A DNA stretch of 64,000 bases from a virus. Below, in pieces: positions 19,549-28,136 of this stretch (the first letter of the stretch is position 1; every line of letters begins with the position of its first letter). The stretch is taken from the IMG/VR virus record IMGVR_UViG_3300033553_000116, positions 32,001 to 96,000 of that record; one strand, written 5' to 3'. Made by a program: the position numbers and the translations under genes. The notes under the pieces were generated by a model that was given only the letters and a program-made list of their open reading frames with translations, was not told the origin of the DNA and did no database searches.

Positions 19549-19620
19549 TTTAATGTGGTAAATTTTAACATGCGAGTATAATCCTCTGTAAAATAATTTT
19601 TTTAAGTTAAGGACTAACAC

Positions 19621-20190
19621 ATGACTGAAGAACAACCCTATACTCCAACTATAGTAGATAATAGATTACACACTATCCAAGAGATGCTACAAGGTGTAAA
19701 TGAAAGACACGCAAGTATAACCAGACGTATCCAGGCATCTCCTATTAGTATCGGTGAGTCAAAGGTACCCATTGGATTACAGTATGTTTATCAAACTCAG
19801 GCTCTTCCAAGTACCCGCTTAGTTATTATATTTGATGAATCTGATCGTGAGATTATCGCCATTCCTAAAAATGTTTTATATAGCTACGAGCCATTGGACA
19901 TGGATGCAACTAAACGTTCACTAAACCTTTTTATCAACCATCCTGATAAGCGTGTTATAGAACAGTTAATTGGATTAGTAGAAACACTACAACGTGAAGG
20001 GTTTGATTTTAGAGCAATGCCGATGCGAGATGTAATGGCTATTACAAATCCAGACATCGATGTAGATATATCTGGTATGCAACTATTTCCATTACTATAT
20101 TTAAAAAGTAGATATACTGATGAAGTTGTATATGTCAATACAGAAGCTGTTGTAATCCGTTCTGCTGGTGCTGAAGACACTAGTCACTAA
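19621..20190 (+). CDS. hypothetical protein
   Basis: 189 aa, AAGGA SD. Confidence 0.75.
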   Translation: MTEEQPYTPTIVDNRLHTIQEMLQGVNERHASITRRIQASPISIGESKVPIGLQYVYQTQALPSTRLVIIFDESDREIIAIPKNVLYSYEPLDMDATKRSLNLFINHPDKRVIEQLIGLVETLQREGFDFRAMPMRDVMAITNPDIDVDISGMQLFPLLYLKSRYTDEVVYVNTEAVVIRSAGAEDTSH

Positions 20191-20211
20191 AATTGATCTA
20201 AAAAAGTCACA

Positions 20212-20223
20212 GCACTATATTAC
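20212..20223 (+). promoter_or_regulatory. phiKZ-type early promoter (TATTAC)
   Basis: GCACTATATTAC-TATAATG. Confidence 0.7.
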
Positions 20224-20255
20224 TATAATGAATACCAACCTTAAAAGGATTTACT

Positions 20256-20867
20256 ATGAAATTAACAATTGCAGATTGGGCACGTACTGCCGGACTTACC
20301 GTCGATGATTTACCAACACAGCTTTCAGTTCTCTCATCTGAGGTTATTGAAACTATGCAGGGCCTTAATCTTAGACATCGTTACCTAGTAATAGATGGCT
20401 TAGTAGATGTCCACTGGATGGTACAGGTTGCAAAAGCATTAACTGATGGTGCGATGGATCTTACTTCACAGTTACAGGATCTATTTGATGAAGTGGATGA
20501 TATCTTCCCTTTTCTCATTAGTAAACATTTCCAAAATGGACAGCATGTAGTTATGGAAGCCAACTTCTCTAAGTTCTGTAAAACAGTTGAAGAAGCTGAA
20601 GCTACACTCAAAGCTTATCGTGAAATTAAAGTTGATGTACACTATAAAAGAGTCGGCGACCTTTACGTTATACGTTCTTCGTTTAATCAGATTGGTATAG
20701 ACGGTAAAACTTATTCTAAAGATAAGATTCTTAAGTCTATTAATTTTATTGAACCGCGTTTCATTGGTATTCCGGACTCTAGCTTTAGTCAGGCTGTCCA
20801 AGAAGGTTATGGCGGATCAGCTAGTATGTATGACAAAGCTGTAGCCAAGCATGGCTTTTGCGGTTAA
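20256..20867 (+). CDS. nucleoside triphosphate pyrophosphohydrolase (all-alpha MazG/PRA-PH-like)
   Basis: SEVIET...IDGLVDVHWM...VMEANFSKF...KILKS..F.EP pattern. Confidence 0.7.
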   Translation: MKLTIADWARTAGLTVDDLPTQLSVLSSEVIETMQGLNLRHRYLVIDGLVDVHWMVQVAKALTDGAMDLTSQLQDLFDEVDDIFPFLISKHFQNGQHVVMEANFSKFCKTVEEAEATLKAYREIKVDVHYKRVGDLYVIRSSFNQIGIDGKTYSKDKILKSINFIEPRFIGIPDSSFSQAVQEGYGGSASMYDKAVAKHGFCG

Positions 20868-20900
20868 TTAAATCTACCATTAATAAGAAAGGAATTTGAA

Positions 20901-21383
20901 ATGACAGATGAAAGCGATTGGGATAAGATTGGAGCCACAGCTAAGGCTTTAGCCGATGCGTCTAGTGAAGATACTATCCAGGTACGACCAGATCTTTTAA
21001 AGATAAGTGATACAGACATCCAATGGGCTGACGATATGGCTAGCCAATTCACGAGCCTAGCATTAGATGCTAATGAAGAGCATGCTGTATCCACTATATT
21101 CCCCGAAGAAATAATTAAGCTTGGTAGTAGATTCTTAAAACTACAACTAGGTGAAGCTATGGGTGAAAATGTAGTTATTGAATTAGAACTAGCTCATGGT
21201 GTTGCTGTGTTGAAAGGTAGCTTTAAGTCAACTGCATTTAATGAAAGCCGCACCTCTGGTTTACTTATCAGTAAAGATAGCGTTGAATCATTGGTACCAA
21301 TAATGGCCAAATGGATCAAGTGGTACGATGACCACGCTATGTCATTGGGTCTACTCTCAACAACTGAAGGGACTGATTACTAA
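20901..21383 (+). CDS. hypothetical protein
   Basis: 160 aa, AAGGA SD. Confidence 0.75.
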   Translation: MTDESDWDKIGATAKALADASSEDTIQVRPDLLKISDTDIQWADDMASQFTSLALDANEEHAVSTIFPEEIIKLGSRFLKLQLGEAMGENVVIELELAHGVAVLKGSFKSTAFNESRTSGLLISKDSVESLVPIMAKWIKWYDDHAMSLGLLSTTEGTDY

Positions 21384-21643
21384 TGGGTCGGTCTTTGATT
21401 GGCAAATACAGTAGTGAGTCTAAGGACACAAAGCAAGTTGCAATGAAGGTAGGGGATAGATTAGAAATTATGTCTGATGCCATTACTGACAAAGCACCTT
21501 GTAATGCAAGTATTGTGGCTGTAACTGAAAAAACTATCACTGTCTCTTATGGCGATGAGGAAGAGACTTTTGATATCACTAAACTTAAAGTAACAGACTC
21601 TTGGGAATCAGAAGACTCAGGGTCTGTGGTTTGGAAGGTTTAG
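21383..21643 (+). CDS. small beta-rich (SH3/KOW-like) hypothetical protein
   Basis: 86 aa, TAATG coupling; KVGDRLEI motif. Confidence 0.65.
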   Translation: MGRSLIGKYSSESKDTKQVAMKVGDRLEIMSDAITDKAPCNASIVAVTEKTITVSYGDEEETFDITKLKVTDSWESEDSGSVVWKV

Positions 21644-21663
21644 TTTTATAAACAAGGATTAAT

Positions 21664-22497
21664 ATGCGACAGTATTTAGAAGGACTACAACGTATCTTAG
21701 ATGAAGGTACGTTTCATGGAGATAGAACAGGCACAGGTACTATCTCTCGTTTCGGGGAGCAGTTACGTTTTGATTTGACAGATGGTCTCCCATTGGTCAC
21801 TACTAAGTTCACAAACTTCCGTGCCATTCAGCGTGAACTACTTTGGTTCCTTGAAGGCTCTACTAATAGCATCCGGTTAAATGAAATCGGTTCTAAGATC
21901 TGGGATGGCTGGGCTTTAGATGATGGTGACTTAGGGCCTATCTATGGTAAGCAATGGACTGACTGGGATGTCATCGACAAAGGTGAGGTAGTAACTGATC
22001 TGGAGGCTCTTTTAGAACTTTCTCAAGATGGTACTAGATTAGATGAACTTAGTCTTAATATCAGTTCTATTTTAGATAAGATTGCACTTAAGCCAAATAT
22101 CAATCAGATCCAACAGGTCATTGAAGACTTGCGTGTGAATCCACATTCAAGACGTCATTTAGTTACTGCATGGAACCCATCTGCATTGCCATCTGAATAT
22201 AAACTAACCATGACTAACGGTAAAGTTATTAAAGCTCCACTTACACCACAGGGTAACGTTGCAGAAGGTAAAGCTGCATTGCCTGCATGTCATACCTTCT
22301 TCCAGTTCTACTCTCGACTAATGTGTCTTGAAGAGCGTATGAATTATATCCCGGCTTCTAAAGTAGGGTTATATGCAAAGATCGTGGAATTCGATGAAGT
22401 ATCAGCTCAGCCATTCTTAGATGACACTGAGGCCATGGCTTTATTAGATGAGCATGATGTTCCTAAACATGCACTAAGTTGTCAGATGTATCAGCGT
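21664..22497 (+). CDS. thyA: thymidylate synthase, exon 1
   Basis: DRTGTGT, PLVTTK, ELLWFL, LGPIYG.QW, SRRHLVTAWNP, catalytic LPACH; ends ...MYQR at the intron. Confidence 0.95.
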
Positions 22498-22829
22498 TCA
22501 CATAACGAGCGCCTTTTAGCAGTAATGCTAATCGAAGAACATTCTCAAATTGCTGGGAAATCTTGCTAAGCATTTACACCACAACGTAATTTGAAAAAAA
22601 TAAGCGTGACGGTTTTAAAAAGTTAAATGATAGAGATAATCAGCAGCCAAGGGTCCATATAGGATCAAGGTTCAACGACTAGCCTTTGATAAGGTGTAGG
22701 ACCAAGTGGTCCGAAACGGGAAAGCTTCCTACTCATAGAGAGGAAGGTGATATAGTCTACTCTGCATGGTGACATGCAGCTGCACGTAATGGTGCGGGTA
22801 GTGTCTAACGAACACTATTGAATATAACG
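22498..22829 (+). ncRNA. group I intron (subgroup IA2), no homing endonuclease ORF
   Basis: P AAATTGCTGGGAAA 22547-60; Q AATCAGCAGCC 22638-48; R GTTCAACGACTAG 22670-82; S GATATAGTC 22749-57. P1 has the U22497.G22509 wobble; terminal G is 22829. Splicing restores YQR|SSD in frame. Confidence 0.93.
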
Positions 22830-23126
22830 TCGAGTGATTCATTATTGGGCCAGCCCTTTAATATCGCTTCATATGCGCTACTAACTGAAATGGTTGCACA
22901 GTGTGTTAACATGGTTCCAGATGAACTTATCTGGGTAGGTGGCGATTGTCACATTTACAATAACCATCTTGATGCTGCTAAAGAGGTAATAGCCAGACAG
23001 CCTATGGCATTACCTACACTTAAGTTAACTCCAGGCATTACTGATATCTTTGCTTTTGGTGAAGATGACATTGTGTTGGAGTCATATGAACACCACGATG
23101 CTATTAAATTAAAAGTATCGATTTAA
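22830..23126 (+). CDS. thyA: thymidylate synthase, exon 2
   Basis: SSDSLLGQPFNIASY...GDCHIYNNH; the spliced product is 376 aa. Confidence 0.95.
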   Translation, partial: SSDSLLGQPFNIASYALLTEMVAQCVNMVPDELIWVGGDCHIYNNHLDAAKEVIARQPMALPTLKLTPGITDIFAFGEDDIVLESYEHHDAIKLKVSI

Positions 23127-23147
23127 AGGTTCTGTCTAACATGTAAT

Positions 23148-23180
23148 AATGAGTAGAGGCTAATGCCTCTACTCATTTAT
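23148..23180 (+). terminator. hairpin/terminator
   Basis: AATGAGTAGAGGC-TAAT-GCCTCTACTCATT. Confidence 0.75.
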
Positions 23181-23200
23181 ATATAATATTTGGAGGATTT

Positions 23201-23623
23201 ATGACTAAGGTTATAAACATTAATAAAGCTAAGATTGATATGGCCAATGAATACTGGCAAGCCGAACGGGAGGAACGTATATCTGATAAGACCACAGCTT
23301 TTAGTAATGAAGATAACGGTACAATTAGATATTTTGTAGAAAATGCAGTAACGGCTATACAGTCTGGTAAAAAGTATGTTCGATTAGAAAAAGAAGTTTA
23401 TCCGATTCGAGATAGAGTTTGTGATAAAATAGAACACATGCTTGAAAAATATGAATATGAAGTTACCATATCTATGGCGATGGGTGATGTAGCTAACGAT
23501 ACTGCATTAGTAATCGTTGTTAGTATTGCGGACTACGATTGTTCTTGGAACCCCGAGGATGTCTTAGAGCTAAAAGTAAATCAGACATATAAAGAATATA
23601 TCAAAGAAATGTCAAGGGGGTGA
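23201..23623 (+). CDS. hypothetical protein
   Basis: 140 aa, GGAGG SD. Confidence 0.8.
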   Translation: MTKVININKAKIDMANEYWQAEREERISDKTTAFSNEDNGTIRYFVENAVTAIQSGKKYVRLEKEVYPIRDRVCDKIEHMLEKYEYEVTISMAMGDVANDTALVIVVSIADYDCSWNPEDVLELKVNQTYKEYIKEMSRG

Positions 23624-24021
23624 ATACCATGGTAATGAAAACAAGTAATACAAAGCGACTCAAGGCAATCAATTTATCATCGGGGCCATTTAGATCATTA
23701 ACTATTAATGTAGTTGATTTAGTAACCTTTTATGATATCCATCAACGCAATGATGCATTGGCCAACATAAAGATGAAAATATGGGAGATGATAAATCATT
23801 TATATAGTCATGATAAGAAACTGCAATTACCAGAGAATTCAAGTCTCATCTTACTAGATGTTAGTATGGAACTTTTTACTGGTGATGCTACAGGGCCAGT
23901 GTTAGATTTAAAGTTTGTCTTAACTAATAGACTATTTAAGACAGTAAAGTATGCTCAGAACTATACCTACGTTATTAAGGTATGTAACGATAATAGACCA
24001 GGTGCTCCAGCATTCATATAG
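23620..24021 (+). CDS. hypothetical protein
   Basis: 133 aa, overlaps the upstream stop. Confidence 0.7.
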   Translation: MNTMVMKTSNTKRLKAINLSSGPFRSLTINVVDLVTFYDIHQRNDALANIKMKIWEMINHLYSHDKKLQLPENSSLILLDVSMELFTGDATGPVLDLKFVLTNRLFKTVKYAQNYTYVIKVCNDNRPGAPAFI

Positions 24022-24185
24022 AGTAGGTTCTTAGGAATCTATCTATGTAGCTTAATCTCCAGTGACTTATTTTATAGATTAATAATTAAATATAGGGGAG
24101 TGGGTAATCGTCCCTTTATGCCGCATTAATGAGTAAGTTTATACATAGGAGTAATATTCTCTAGGTCACTAATGAGGAATTTAAA

Positions 24186-24506
24186 ATGCGATTATGGAAT
24201 AGAGGTATTGAATATGGGTATATAGAAACCTTGAATCAAGTACTTAAGGATTATGGCCCTAAGGTTAACCCACTGCGAATAGCAACCCATGGTCCTGAAA
24301 TACCAGACTGTACCTGGATAATGTTTATCGGCGACATCACTCCAATACTTAAAGACATCGATAATTATTACATTATCGAATATGTACCTGGAGGATTCGA
24401 TCTCTCTAAGACCGTGACCATTGATTGCTTAGGCATTCTATTTAGAAACGTAAAGAGCATTGAGCTTATGGACTCAATTAAAGACTCTCTTATTAATAAG
24501 GAATAA
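24186..24506 (+). CDS. hypothetical protein
   Basis: 106 aa, GAGGA SD. Confidence 0.7.
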   Translation: MRLWNRGIEYGYIETLNQVLKDYGPKVNPLRIATHGPEIPDCTWIMFIGDITPILKDIDNYYIIEYVPGGFDLSKTVTIDCLGILFRNVKSIELMDSIKDSLINKE

Positions 24507-24508
24507 AA

Positions 24509-24775
24509 ATGATACTTAAAAAGATTACACCGCAAGAAATAAACGATCTTATTTACTCAGTAAAGTATGAGGTGGTAGACGCTACCACTACTACTATCTG
24601 CATAATTATGACTAAGTGTGGATTTACAGCGATTGGAACTAATTCTTGTTTGAATATGTCTGACTGGATTGAGCAGAAGGGTAAAGAAGATTCATATGCT
24701 AAAGCTATAGATAAGATTTGGGAAATGGAAGGGTACCATAGAAAACGTATGGCTGAACATAACCGCAACTCGTAG
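24509..24775 (+). CDS. N4 Gp49/Sf6 gene 66 family protein (candidate Acb4-like cyclic nucleotide sponge)
   Basis: TIC...K.GFT..G.NSC......G...S...A..KIWEMEGY matches the family consensus as recalled. Confidence 0.75.
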   Translation: MILKKITPQEINDLIYSVKYEVVDATTTTICIIMTKCGFTAIGTNSCLNMSDWIEQKGKEDSYAKAIDKIWEMEGYHRKRMAEHNRNS

Positions 24776-24846
24776 TAAGTCATTGCTATCGGGTGAGGTA
24801 GTATATGTCATTGTGACGTTATTAAAGAATGGTTAGAGGGACAATA

Positions 24847-25455
24847 ATGAATTTAGTTAGTCAGTATTTGGTAATAGCCAGTGAAGAAAGTAGTGAAGTT
24901 ATCCAAGCGTCAAGTGATCTATTAATTAATATTAATCCGTTAGAGAATACAAGTGGTACATTAAGAGCCTACCATCTCGCAAAAGAATTCCAGGAACTTA
25001 CAGGGATGATGGAATTGTTGGAGAAACACCAAATCATCCCAAAACTCCCATCCGGCTGTAAAGATACCATTAAGACAAGGAAAAAAGAACGCGTTGATCA
25101 TTGGCTTGAACACTCTAAAGAACAAGGCACCCTTGAAGAAACTAGTATACTAGGAGCTAGTGACAATATACTGGAACAGATTAAACAGAGTTCAGCGGTA
25201 TTGATCCAAGCCTGTTCAAAGTCCCAACGCTTTGGCTTACATGACGGCATAGCTGAAAAGCCTACAACAAATGCACAAGACATTATTTCAGTCGTTAAAA
25301 GACTAGAAGGGTTATCAGACCTATTAAAAAATAGTGGACTTCTATCTAACTCCGATGAAACACCCAGCTACACTTTAAACGATGTCATAAGTGGTCATAC
25401 CAATCACCAAGAGTTAGCTAAGATAACCAAAGACTCCATTAAAGGAAATGAATAA
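24847..25455 (+). CDS. tandem MazG-like NTP pyrophosphatase domain protein
   Basis: Two repeats: ASEESSEVIQASS...KEFQEL and SSAVLIQACSKSQRFGL. Confidence 0.6.
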   Translation: MNLVSQYLVIASEESSEVIQASSDLLININPLENTSGTLRAYHLAKEFQELTGMMELLEKHQIIPKLPSGCKDTIKTRKKERVDHWLEHSKEQGTLEETSILGASDNILEQIKQSSAVLIQACSKSQRFGLHDGIAEKPTTNAQDIISVVKRLEGLSDLLKNSGLLSNSDETPSYTLNDVISGHTNHQELAKITKDSIKGNE

Positions 25456-25988
25456 TGACGATGACATATTTAAGAGCTATAGGTAATAACTTTCTATCTG
25501 CGCTATCTGCAATACCATATATGTTTCAAATGGAACTACCATCCAATCCTAAACAGCCACTCAAACCAAGACATGATAATGGGAAGTATAGTTATCATGG
25601 AATTGCCCCAAAGCAAATCAAATATACAGACTTATATAAATACGCAGTTAGAATGCGTGAGCTAATTGGTCTTAAACGTAATTTTAATATCCTATCTAAG
25701 GTTACTGGTAGATCTGCTGAGTTAGTTTTTAATTTAAGGGCTTCAGGCATCACACCACTTAGATGGACTGGTGAGCAAGTTTTCTTAGCGTACGATACCG
25801 AAGGTATTAAATATATGTGTCAGTTAGTACACTGGCTTGAAAACAATTCTGAAGTTGACTGGGGTTACGGTAGTGCTGAAGATATAACCGATACAAACCA
25901 TTTCGTGTATGTTGTCTTTAAAACACCTAAAAGCCAGAAGAAGTTTCGTAAGGAATTATATAAAATTTTAACTGCATTGGCATACTAA
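25455..25988 (+). CDS. hypothetical protein
   Basis: 177 aa, TAATG coupling. Confidence 0.7.
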   Translation: MTMTYLRAIGNNFLSALSAIPYMFQMELPSNPKQPLKPRHDNGKYSYHGIAPKQIKYTDLYKYAVRMRELIGLKRNFNILSKVTGRSAELVFNLRASGITPLRWTGEQVFLAYDTEGIKYMCQLVHWLENNSEVDWGYGSAEDITDTNHFVYVVFKTPKSQKKFRKELYKILTALAY

Positions 25989-26005
25989 ACAAAAGGTAAG
26001 TAATA

Positions 26006-26245
26006 ATGGATGAAGAACCAGTACTGTCTACCCCATTAAGAATTAGACCCAAGCGAGTAGTATTTCTATCAGTGGGGTCAATGTATGACCCTGAGACAAT
26101 TAAAAAAATGATAGCAGCGATGCCTAAAATTGGTACCAAAGAAGATCGGGCTAGGGGCGATAAACCCAATAACTATCTTTCTTTAGATAATAATCCTCCG
26201 TATAGAGAGTTCACTACGAAAAACAAACGCCGTAAACAATGGTAG
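26006..26245 (+). CDS. small basic hypothetical protein
   Basis: 79 aa, AAGG SD. Confidence 0.65.
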   Translation: MDEEPVLSTPLRIRPKRVVFLSVGSMYDPETIKKMIAAMPKIGTKEDRARGDKPNNYLSLDNNPPYREFTTKNKRRKQW

Positions 26246-26754
26246 GTATATCGATGGAAGTAGAAATAATCTCAGCTATAGCGGCTAACGGTGTTATAGG
26301 TAAAGAAGATGAGTTAGCCATGAAGTCTAAGGAAGACATGGCATTCTTTAAAGCGGAGACTACAGGACATGCTGTCCTAATGGGTAGGAAGACCTTTGAT
26401 AGTTTACCTGGACCTTTAATAGAAAGACTTAATATAGTAATAACCCGTAATCCAATTCACCAACCCAATCCTGTTGATGGTGTGGTTTACTCAGATGATC
26501 TTTTTGGTGTCATTAAGGGATTAGCTGACAATGGTACATATGAGCGCCTATACATAGTCGGGGGTGCTGAAATATATAAACAAGCACTTGATGCAGACAT
26601 CGTTGATAGAATGATATTAACTAGGTTCTCTGAGGGTGCTGAAGGCGATACTCATTTCCCATACTTCAATCAAGATATGTGGGACGTTGAAGATATTGCT
26701 GAGTTTAAAGGAACACCTGCGTATAGGGTGTTAGGTTACACAAGAATTAGATGA
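26239..26754 (+). CDS. folA: dihydrofolate reductase
   Basis: AIAANGVIG, EDMAFFK..T, MGRKTFDSL..PL..R.NIVITR, IVGGAEIY, EGDTHFP. Confidence 0.95.
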   Translation: MVGISMEVEIISAIAANGVIGKEDELAMKSKEDMAFFKAETTGHAVLMGRKTFDSLPGPLIERLNIVITRNPIHQPNPVDGVVYSDDLFGVIKGLADNGTYERLYIVGGAEIYKQALDADIVDRMILTRFSEGAEGDTHFPYFNQDMWDVEDIAEFKGTPAYRVLGYTRIR

Positions 26755-26784
26755 TAATAAACATAGTAGGGTTAAGTCCCTATT

Positions 26785-27150
26785 ATGTCCCAAAAAGGAT
26801 TAATACTTATGAAAAGACAAATAGCAAGACTAACTCAGGCATCTAGGTTAAAACAACATCGTGCTGAAACTAGTAGACCAAAGACTGGTGTTAGTAGAAT
26901 GAAAAAATACAATGGAGGTAGTTTAAAAAACCTTTATGGTAAGCGTAGTCGTTATAGAGACATACAAAAAAGTCTAAAGGGATTTATGCACTTCTACTAT
27001 TACAGTTGGTCATACATTGGAATGGCGACCACACACTTCGCTAGGAGATCAAAGACTACGTCAGTCATCAATAGAACTAGATGTATGCCAACTTGGTATG
27101 CACCGAATACTATTAATGGTCTGTTGGGTAATAGGATTAGTGGTATTTAA
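26785..27150 (+). CDS. very basic hypothetical protein
   Basis: ORF; AAGGA SD favours ATG 26809. Confidence 0.55.
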   Translation: MSQKGLILMKRQIARLTQASRLKQHRAETSRPKTGVSRMKKYNGGSLKNLYGKRSRYRDIQKSLKGFMHFYYYSWSYIGMATTHFARRSKTTSVINRTRCMPTWYAPNTINGLLGNRISGI

Positions 27151-27156
27151 AAACCG

Positions 27157-27205
27157 GCATAAGGCAGAGTGGGACAACCCACTCTGCTATTCTTTTTTTT
27201 TTTTA
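27157..27205. terminator. bidirectional terminator
   Basis: GCAGAGTGGG-ACAA-CCCACTCTGC plus T run, between convergent genes. Confidence 0.85.
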
Positions 27206-27212
27206 TTTATCT

Positions 27213-27914
27213 TTAGTCGTACGTTATATTAATTAAAGTACGGTGACCTGAATAGTTAGCTAGGAGAGTTCTACTTCCTGTGAAGTGAATATCTTTATAA
27301 ATCACCGCATCTCCTGCAGTCCCACCGTTATGATAGTTAAGACTAAAGTAACCTGTTACATTAATCTCCCCATTCGTTACCATGACGTTTGGAGATACTC
27401 TAACTAATGATACTTGGTAGTTAGTATTCTTAGGTGACACATCGTATTCAAAATCAATATCCTGAAATAAGAAATTATATCCAGCGAATAAAGGACAGTC
27501 ACGTGCAGACCCTGTGTTCTTATATTTAATTAAAACTGTACCGGGTCCATCCGTGGCTGCAAATGTGGACCCTACTTGAATGCCATGTGCATTAATATAG
27601 TCGGGCTCATCTATAGTCCTGAGTAAATTACCATTGTTACTTTCTCTAACTGAATTATTTATACCACTGCCAACGGTGCTACCTGGAGTTGCAAATAAAC
27701 CATGATAGTTAACCCAGGTACTATTAAAAACCATCCCATAGTCTGCAGTATCATAAATGCCTGGTAACAAACCAACAAGAGCATTATTGGGTATATGCTT
27801 AAATGTATACCATGGTTTCTCGTATGTACCATCGCCCGTTTCATCTGAGCCCATTGGTGATATATACACATCAAAGTTTGAGTTACCTGAACTACGACGT
27901 TTGCCACCGGCCAT
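27213..27914 (-). CDS. putative virion/beta-helix-like protein (DUF1565-type N-terminus); true start probably 27955 via a frameshift
   Basis: VYISPMGSD..GDGT.EKPW.T and L.PG.Y motifs; late-type promoter upstream. Confidence 0.65.
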   Translation of the reverse strand: MAGGKRRSSGNSNFDVYISPMGSDETGDGTYEKPWYTFKHIPNNALVGLLPGIYDTADYGMVFNSTWVNYHGLFATPGSTVGSGINNSVRESNNGNLLRTIDEPDYINAHGIQVGSTFAATDGPGTVLIKYKNTGSARDCPLFAGYNFLFQDIDFEYDVSPKNTNYQVSLVRVSPNVMVTNGEINVTGYFSLNYHNGGTAGDAVIYKDIHFTGSRTLLANYSGHRTLINITYD

Positions 27915-27989
27915 AACGGCACTAAATGAAAACTATTTATTATACTAGTTTTCATTTATCCTTACCCCCTTTAATAATTTATATAACTA

Positions 27990-27999
27990 TACATAAAAT
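27990..27999 (-). promoter_or_regulatory. putative late promoter (TATG)
   Basis: ATTTTATGTA on the minus strand. Confidence 0.5.
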
Positions 28000-28048
28000 A
28001 CCACATGGCTATCTCCAATATAGACATGATACATTGAAGAAAATTTCA

Positions 28049-28060
28049 CACCTATATTAC
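28049..28060 (+). promoter_or_regulatory. phiKZ-type early promoter (TATTAC)
   Basis: CACCTATATTAC-TATAGTG. Confidence 0.7.
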
Positions 28061-28136
28061 TATAGTGTATAACAACCTAGTTATCTTCACCACGAAGAAT
28101 AGCTAATATAACAGAATTAATTAATGGAGAAATAAC

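Noticed and set aside
21664-23126. thyA as a pseudogene, split gene or intein host
   Set aside because: The gap contains all group I core elements and splicing restores the QRSxD motif in frame.
21664-23126. Modified-base (dCMP hydroxymethylase-type) synthase
   Set aside because: PFNIASY keeps the Asn that specifies dUMP, and folA/tmk/dcd context fits ordinary dTMP synthesis.
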